From NCBI GenBank assembly GCA_964247055.1, contig OZ176053.1, positions 6,510,001 to 6,574,000 on the forward strand: a stretch of 64,000 nucleotides of DNA. The letters are read 5' to 3'. Positions within the stretch are counted from its first letter, which is position 1. Every line of letters begins with the position of its first letter. The notes beneath the pieces were generated by a model. The model had not been told where the DNA came from and searched no databases. It saw nothing but the letters and a program-made list of their open reading frames with translations. This document shows positions 55,943 through 64,000 of the stretch, one piece after another. The position numbers were made by a program, and so were the translations under genes. The stretch comes from Paragordius varius (taxonomy: Eukaryota; Animalia; Nematomorpha).

Positions 55943-57056
55943 TTATAGTTTAAAATCATTATTTCATATGATCATATAAATTAAAATAAGGATGCAATGT
56001 GGGTTACATGAATTATTACAGCAACAAAAACATAAGGTCAACTATTCTTTTTAAAATTATGATATTACCGTGACAGAACGGCTGACGCGTGTTTAATTAC
56101 AGTGCGCACTTTAGAAAAGTTTTTTATATTCTCAATTATCAACATTGAAAAATTAGACATGAAATAATGTATATAATAAATATTATTTTGTAAATTTATA
56201 CCACGGGGACCATATAAATACTAGTTTTTAATATGCAGGGGATTTGTATGTATGTGGGTTAATTAAATTTTTAAAACTGGCGGAAGTTTTGCGCTAAGTA
56301 AAAACTTTCGTTTTTTGTTTGGGTTAAAAACCATTTTTTATTATTAGTATTATTATATAATTAATAATCATATAAGGGGACATAATTATAAACTAAAAAA
56401 TTATTGTAACGAGGTTTTTTTTCAGAGTTGGGGAGATCAAATATACATACGTGTCAGTATTATTAGATTGATTTTTGCACAAAAAAATATGAATTGAATT
56501 AGACTTAAGCAATATAATAAGATATGAAAATGTTAGTTGGTATAACTCGTAAATAACATAAAAGTTTACTCAAAATTAAATCATGTTCAAAAGAGTATGT
56601 GTGTGCGTTATTATTAGGTGGTAGTTTTCAATACGGGTTGATCAGAGTGTAGGAATTGATGGGAAAATTTAAGAGATTTTACCAGTTGTTGTTACCTATC
56701 TGGTAAGATGAAGTTTTAATTTTAACAATAAATTATAGGAGGGCTACTTAATGCTTTTATATTATAATAGTCCGTAAAATTTAGGGATAAGCCTTATATC
56801 ATATAAATAGTGTGCAAATGTGGTGTAAATATATATTATAAGCTAAAGAATAGAGAGTCACGAGATATTAAATAAATTAAAGAATTTCACGTAATTTGCA
56901 ATAAATATAAATTATAACTCAAGAAGAGTGTTTTTTTACTAGAAGTGAAAAAAAAAGTAATTTCGCTACACAACATTAAATGTGGTTGACATGTAAAGTA
57001 AGTATAGTATGTATGTATGTATATATAATTTGAAGACATAAAAGAAACAACTACTA

Positions 57057-58372
57057 CTATAGCTTGAAATTGGTGTGAGTCGGTGGTATTATAACCTGGT
57101 CAGTTGGATCAGTTCCAACACCCTTATTTCGATTTTCAGATGAGGAAAGAAGATTATCGGCGGTTGTCCCATTGAACGCTTCAAAATCATCGGGTTCTGG
57201 TTCCGAAAAATCGGACAAACTACTTATCGAATCATCGTCATTCCCATTACTTAGCGGATTAGACTTGTAATTGATGTGATTGTAGCCATTATTGGTCCTT
57301 TGCGAATGAAGAGTTGATGCTGATGATAAAGGATTATTATTATTAGATTCAAAGGTGTGGTGGGGAGCTTGGCTATCTACGCTATTGATATTTGATGCGT
57401 TGTTGTGATGTGTTGTAGTTTGATTGGTGGTAGTGTTGTTGGTTGACAAGGCATTGTGAGTTGATTGAGTAATAGATGATGATGTTGAGGAGGAGGAATA
57501 GTTATAACCGGAGGAAGAATTGCTAGAATTATTATTATTGTTGTTTGAATAGGATTTGGAATTACGGCTGTTTTTATTCTCGTGATCTTTCAGGGCTTCT
57601 TCAGATGCATACTTTTGTACGTAATCTGTAGTACACCACACACACGTATAATATAAAATACAAAAACACAATATTAAAAATGCTTCTTAACTTTTATATT
57701 TAAAAAAGTTACTCAAAACACAGGTATAAAATATCGCATCTAGCGAATTTTGAAATGTTAACATAAAAAAACCCCCTTTAAAAAATATTTGTGATTTTTT
57801 GAAATTGCCAATTTTAGCTATACTATGACTTTTTATGCATAAATTATGAGGGTTTTAATGGAACGTATTTTGCTATTAACACATGAGCGATAAAAATAAA
57901 AGACATTAGTTGGGTGGAAATACATTCATTAATGTAGGTCAAATAGGGTGAGTTATTTTATTAATAGGAGTATCCAAAATACAGTCATGTGTCCTTTATT
58001 TTATCAAAAATTTATTTTTCGTTAAATGGGTATAAATATTTGGTAATGAATGAAAAAACAAGAGCTCTCTATTAATTCTTTATTTTTTTATGAATATGAT
58101 ATTGTTAATACCTCTTGTTTTTTCCATTCTTTAACAAATATTTATATCCATTTAACGAAAGAAAATAAATTTTTGATAAAATAAAGGATACATGACTGTA
58201 TATTTGGAAGTTTTGATATTTTTAAGAAAAATTTGTAAAAAACCCTTAATCTTCCGTTGATAATCTTCTGGTTTTTGCAAGTACAACGCTGCAGCATCTC
58301 CGTTGAGCGGGTCTACAGGGTTTGGGTATCGGAGCAATTGAGGTAAAAACGATTCAAAGATATTCAACAAAT
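57057..58372 (-). CDS. UBE2H: Ubiquitin-conjugating enzyme E2 H (Ubc8 family), last two exons only; 5' exons not found in the window
   Basis: Exons 58372-58244 and 57625-57057 (phase 1). [43 protein letters not shown]|[13 protein letters not shown] and the later SSLSDFSE match the UBE2H C-terminal half. I searched 58.4-64 kb by eye for the FHPN, CLD and GGxWK exons without success. Confidence 0.9.
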
Positions 58373-59228
58373 CTATAATAAATTAACATGTAATAAATAT
58401 TTGTTTAAATGGTCAAATTTAACGGGTAAATGAACCATCGGTCCAGCACAATTTGAAATTACTGCATAAAACAATCGAAAGTAAACAATGTATAAATAAT
58501 AATTAAAAAATCAATAAAATACATAATATTTCTCAACATAAGAGTAATAAAGATTTTATGGGAAAACTTCTTTCGAAATAGATAAAATTTATAACAGTAA
58601 TAAAATATAATATTCATGTATAAAGATTAATTCTTCTTAAAACTTATCAAATTAATATATAAACCAAATATATGGTATAAACTAAATCGCATGGAAAATA
58701 AATTTAGGCAAGAGTTAACGAATAAAACTAACCAACCGCCTTTGGATTAAAATAACACCTAAATGTGAAAAAAAACATTATCAAAAATAATAATAATCTG
58801 TAAAGATAATTGTAAATTTTGTTTTTTTAACAACAAAAATTTCGTCGTGATATTTTATTCAAGGCCAAAATGTTTACTCCTGTCAAAAAAACTGACCAGT
58901 TTATTAACCAATATATCTTTTTAATGTCATTAAAATGTGATTTAATTTTAGTATAACAATCATAAATGTTAGTAGTAAACAAATAATCATGAATTGTATA
59001 AAAACGATGGCTGGATTTGTTTTGCAATGAAAAAAGGTTGAAAAAAATATTATAAATATTATATCAGATCATAGTGTATCTCTAATTGACTTGATAAATA
59101 AAAAGCTTAGAGGGAAAAAAATGGGGCCCAAACAAAATTAAAAACCAATTTGTCCCAAGCCGTTGACTTTCGGCTGCTCAACATATTTATACATAAGCAA
59201 AACGCTCACACATGTTATTACATACTAA

Positions 59229-59522
59229 TTACAGTTCAAATTCACCCTTAAACAATACACATTCACCCTTGAACAATTCAAATTCACCTTGAGAAATTCA
59301 AATTCATCCTTGAACAAGTCAAAATCACCCTAAAATTATGTATTTCTTATTTTATATTTTTAAAAATGAAATTACGTTTAAAATTAATATAATACTGTAA
59401 AAATAATAAACTATGCCATAAGAATATTTTTTAATGATGAGTTATATTAGTTCGGAAACAAATAATTTATTTTTAGGGTGAATTTGAATTGTTCAAGGGT
59501 GAATTTACATTGTAAATGGTAT
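59229..59522. mobile_element. MITE family A, copy 1 (TIRs built of AATTCACCCTTGAAC repeats)
   Basis: Left ACAGTTCAAATTCACCCTT(x4-5), right AGGGTGAATTT(x2)...TGTAAATGGTA-TA. The internal sequence is shared with copies 2 and 3. Confidence 0.8.
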
Positions 59523-59811
59523 ATGTTAACAATATATAGTTGGATGGTAGGCAAATATTTTAAATGGACATATTAGGTTTCGCTTAAACTTATGTCAAAA
59601 AAATCCAAAAAGGACTCATTGTTTAATTCAAATTATGCTATGTAGGATTGTTTTTTTAAATAAATGTAGCTTAAATGCCGTTAGAGTTTATAATATGTTT
59701 TAATCTGGCTAAATTTGGTTCTTAATAAAATTTCCAAGTTAATCATAGAATAAAATTTATAAACTTTTAATTTTTGATTTACCAGCAGTTTCGATATTGT
59801 TATTTGATTAT

Positions 59812-60004
59812 AAATTCACCCATAAACATTTCAAATTCACCCTAAGATATATGCTTTTTTGGGCTAATAAAACTCATCATTAATAAGAAATATATTCTTA
59901 TGGCAGTTATTATTTTTTCAGTTTTATATTTATTTTAGGGTCAAATTGAATTGTTGGAGGATGAATTTAAATTGTTTAAGGGTGAATTTGAACTGTAAAT
60001 GGTA
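59812..60004. mobile_element. MITE family A, copy 2 (inverted relative to copy 1, internally deleted)
   Basis: AAACTCATCATTAATAAGAAATATATTCTTATGGCAGTTATTATTTTTTCAGT approximates the reverse complement of copy 1's interior. Ends TGAACTGTAAATGGTA-TA. Confidence 0.75.
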
Positions 60005-62059
60005 TACTTTGTATAGCATTTGAAATAATTTAAATTAAATAATTTTAAAAAAAGTTTTTATATACCCTAACTTAAAATTAAAATTTGACCGAAAATAATT
60101 AAGGTACACATCTTATTCTGCTTGAGATGTTTAATGAAAATAACATATGGCTCAGAAACTCAATCCTGATTGATATTTTTCTCAATAAACACAATGATAC
60201 ATAAATCTCCAAAAGGATAAATAGGAAAATTAAAGTAAACTTATAATGAATGTGAATCCTTATAATAAAAATTAAAATCTCAATTTAATAATATGTTATC
60301 TCATCACATCTTCATACAATATCGATAATAAGTTAAGGTAAAATCATAAGGTCATTAGCCCTGTGTCTGTGTGTGTCATTTTGCAATAGATGTGTTTTGT
60401 ACTTAAATACTAACATATTGCACGTAATACAAAAAGATTGCATGTTAAATTAAACGAGGACTACAGGTGGGATTCTACGTATATATAACTAACCTTTTAA
60501 CATTTGTTATTATTACAAACATTTATGGTGCGTGTTTAATTATTTCCTTTAACAAACTAACTATACCTTAATTAATTTAATAACCTTTCATACAGCAATA
60601 TAATTATAACGTTCGCTTAAAAAACAAACAAAATAAAATAGGATAAGTTTATGAATTCATGCCAATCAGCAAATATGTTATCGATTAAAAAGATTTGCCA
60701 GAAATGGCTATCACACAATTGAGCCACATATATAAATTTGAAACGCCCTTGCCAGGCTGGCTACGGTTATGTTCCTTTCATCTAGTATGTTGTGTTCATC
60801 TATTGAGTTAATAAAAAACAAAAAATTTGCAAGGTCTGAAACTTACAGAATCAAAATGTGGAATATATTATATGGACCAAACAGGAAAAAATGGCATATG
60901 AGGAAACATCAAGCTTGCTAGAAAACTCCAGCGTAAAAATTCATATTACCGAAGACGCATTAGTTGGCCTATGTACACTTAATTTTAATAACTTAATGAT
61001 TTCACAAAGCTAGAGTGAAAAAAGATCAATAGAATTTTGACATTTTGGAGAGAAAGAAAAAATCTTTAAAAAAACCGTTAAAAACAAGTGTTTTTTAATG
61101 ATTACGCATACATTTCTAACAATTACTAATTTTGTATTGATCAAAGAATCATTTTAAGTTACAATTAATTTTAATTTGCTTGAAAACATTTATATTTAAG
61201 CATAGTAATTCTAAAATTTAAGATGCTCGAAAAATATAAACAAGAATGAATTCATTTTAATAAATATGAAATGTTCAATTATTAAACGAATTAAGGGATA
61301 TTTGCAAAAATGGGAAAACAGGCAGCCCTCCGCTACATTCTATTCTGCCCGCGTAAAATTTTTGAAGATACCGCATAAAACCAAAATTCTATAATTTAAA
61401 AAATTCTATTAATGAAATCAGAATGAAATTAAATATTTTTTAAGTGTTCAACATGGAAATAAAATTAAGTATTCGGTATATTTAGCCATTAATTTATTAA
61501 ATATGATTACATAGAGTTCTATCGGTTCTTTAAGCGTATATTTTTTTTCAGTAGTAATAAAAACAAGCGTTGTTTTTAAACCTTGTATTTGAAAACTCTC
61601 CTGACTATGAAAATTATGTCCTTGGCCTTGTATAATAGAAAAAGAATATTCGAATCTTTTTAAAAAACTCAAAAATAAAAATGGTAAAAATAACACAATA
61701 GACTGAATATCAAATATAAATATTCTAAATTTAGGTGACACTCTATTTGGGTTATTTAATGAGGATTCTGGTTAAAAATATGATTAATCTTGTATTATAT
61801 AGTATGACATCATCGAAAAAATTTAAGACATATAACAAACCATATAAACATACCGACTCTCTTCAACATCTGCATCGAATACATCACACGCAACATAGAC
61901 AAACCCTCATTTTACTCCTAACACAATTTACCACCAAATATTAAAAATTCGGTCTGAACATTAATTATAATAAAACAAAAATCATGCACATAAATTTACG
62001 AATACAATACAATACCTTAACATTTCTGAGCACCCAAATCATTGTGGTACCACAAGTCT

Positions 62060-62641
62060 TTTATGTTGGGAGTCTATTCTGACACGACTAACAACAGCAC
62101 ACCAAACATTAAAAGAAGGATAGCGATCGTCAAAGCAAATATGATAAAATACATTAAACTATGGTCATCCCACGATATTAAACTTAAAACCAAGATTAAA
62201 CTAGTCAAATCTCTAATCTTCGCAAGCATACTGTACACCGCAGAGGACAATAAAGAAATGTGATGCAAGATATATCAATGCCTTCGAAATGTGGTGTTGG
62301 AAAAAATTGCTATAGATAAATTGGAAAGAAATAATTAAAACACTGACATCCTTGATAAAATTAAAGCTGAAATATCCTTATATCGCTTATGCCTTAAAAT
62401 GAAACTATCAAACTTCGGCATAACTAGAGCCAAAAACTTGGAGTATCAGCTTATATAGGGCAAAGTTCAAGGCTCAAGAAAACGTGGCAGATGTAAAATG
62501 CTTTGGATCGAAAACTTAACTAAAGAAATTAAGCCAATGCAACCGTTGACATCCATCACACCTAACCGTACAATCTGGCGTAACTACTCTTACGAAATAG
62601 CGAAAATTGACCCCGATCTTAGCTACATAACAACAACAACA
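62060..62641 (+). mobile_element. 5'-truncated, decayed RTE-clade (BovB-like) non-LTR retrotransposon 3' fragment
   Basis: Frameshifted and stop-interrupted translation IKRRIAIVK...KLW...IKLKTKIKLVKSLIFASILYTAE / INAFEMWCWKKLL*INW / GKVQGSRKRGR...W. This is typical of the post-RT region of RTE elements. Ends in a short (AAC)n tract. Confidence 0.85.
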
Positions 62642-63314
62642 CTCATAAAAAATTTACAGCCCTATTTGCATACTAACAGGTGTAAAAATACATATCTCTG
62701 TTTTCAACATAACCGAAAATAAGAAAAGGAGACAACAATTACGAATTTATAGAAATCAATATATGTACACTTTATCACAAAACTATAAAATACTATATGT
62801 GACAAAAATTTCATAGCTTCAAACAGGCTGACAATCAAATGATCTATTATCATTATTTTTTAGCAAGTCGGAAGCAACAAAAACTTCTCAAATTGTTACA
62901 ATCATTACATCTCGGGTTTGTATACAACTAAATTTATGCGAAAAATCGGCCCAAAGAATGGTAAAAAGTGAGTTATTGAAATTTGCGTTAATTCATCCAT
63001 TTTTCAGCCAAAAGCAACATTTTTTTATCCAAACGCAACAATTTTTTATGTAAACGGTACATATTTTCATTCAAAGGCAACATTTTTAGTTGTCTTTGCT
63101 TAAAATGTAGGGAATGGTATTAATTTTGAACCAGCATCTCTTCTAACTTTTATAAAAATAAAATCAAAGTATTTCCAAAAAATAGCTGTAATATATTTAT
63201 TATAATCATCTCCTCCTAATTAAGTTTTCAAGAAAACTACAAATTAACGTATATAAACTTTGTACGTATATCCTCCATAGTTACTGAAAAAAGTATCCAT
63301 TTTTTCCTAACATA

Positions 63315-63487
63315 CAGTGTGAGTAAGTATACATTGCTAGTTTTTAATTTATAGCCAAGAGAATAATTATTGGCTAATAAAAATAGTTAAAAGTAAAAAA
63401 TGTCTTAAACTCAATATTAATGCCCTTTTCCAAATATTCTATCTGACAATAAATGAAAACTAGCAATGTAAACTTATTCATACTCTG
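63315..63487. mobile_element. Tc1/mariner-type MITE, 173 bp, TA TSD
   Basis: TA|CAGTGTGAGTAAGTATACATTGCTAGTTTT ... AAAACTAGCAATGTAAACTTATTCATACTCTG|TA: ~30-bp imperfect TIRs with CAG/CTG termini. Confidence 0.85.
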
Positions 63488-63491
63488 TATA

Positions 63492-63805
63492 TACCATTGA
63501 CAGTTTTAACAGTTCAAATTCACCTTGAACAATTCAAACTCACCCTCGAATAATTCAAATTCACCCTTGAATATTCACCCTGAAAATAAATTATGTGTTT
63601 TCGAACTGATATAATTCATTATAAATAAAAAAATACATCTTTATGGCATAGTTTATTATATTTTCAGTATTATCATAATTTAAAACAAAATTTAATTTTT
63701 TTAAAAATATATAAATATATATGTAATTTTTTATCTTAAAAAACATATAATTTATTTGAAGGTGAATTTGAATTGTTCGAAGGGAGATTTGAATTGTAAA
63801 TGGTA
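63492..63805. mobile_element. MITE family A, copy 3 (most complete), TA TSD
   Basis: TA|TACCATTGACAG...TTCAAATTCACC ... GGTGAATTTGAATTG...TGTAAATGGTA|TA. Confidence 0.85.
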
Positions 63806-64000
63806 TATATGGAAAAAAAATATTATCATTATTAGTAGTAATAACCTTATCATAACATATGAGGGAGGAAGAAAAAAAAGAAAGTTTATATAGATAATGG
63901 CAAATGTAAATGTAGTTACTTAGTATTCGTAAATATAAACAAAGTTCAAGTTGAAATGTAATAATGATGATTTAAGGTAGAATAGAATACTAAATATTAG

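Noticed and set aside
58373-64000. Candidate upstream UBE2H exons (for example NYGGYTYKVYI near 63280 on the minus strand)
   Set aside because: In-frame stop and poor match; the missing exons probably lie beyond the window.
22300-64000. tRNA, rRNA, snRNA or hammerhead ribozyme genes
   Set aside because: No convincing cloverleaf, rRNA, Sm-site or CUGANGA...GAAA core found by eye; an Infernal/tRNAscan run would be needed to exclude them.

Overview
AT-rich animal (invertebrate) genomic DNA; nothing prokaryotic and no CRISPR array. Bases 1-~22,300 are one 62-bp tandem satellite (~360 monomers). It has a homogeneous core with higher-order and multi-kb duplications (1-15,420), then a sharp switch to a more diverged subfamily that decays into unique DNA. 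In the remaining ~41 kb I reconstructed five spliced genes by hand, keeping frame and splice phase consistent: an 8-exon 404-aa 'mini-kettin' with 3 Ig domains (-), a complete 19-exon histidine ammonia-lyase (-), a 3-exon 81-aa secreted four-cysteine peptide that the ORF track misses (+), a ~665-aa 3xEGF single-pass membrane protein (+), and the 3' part of UBE2H with a long N/S/T/H-rich tail insertion (-). Between and inside the genes lie decayed Ty3/Gypsy and RTE retroelement relics, hAT and Tc1/mariner-type MITEs, and a diverged ~155/310-bp tandem array that may be a non-autonomous Helitron. Exon models are manual and lack RNA support. Family assignments come from recalled motifs, not database searches.
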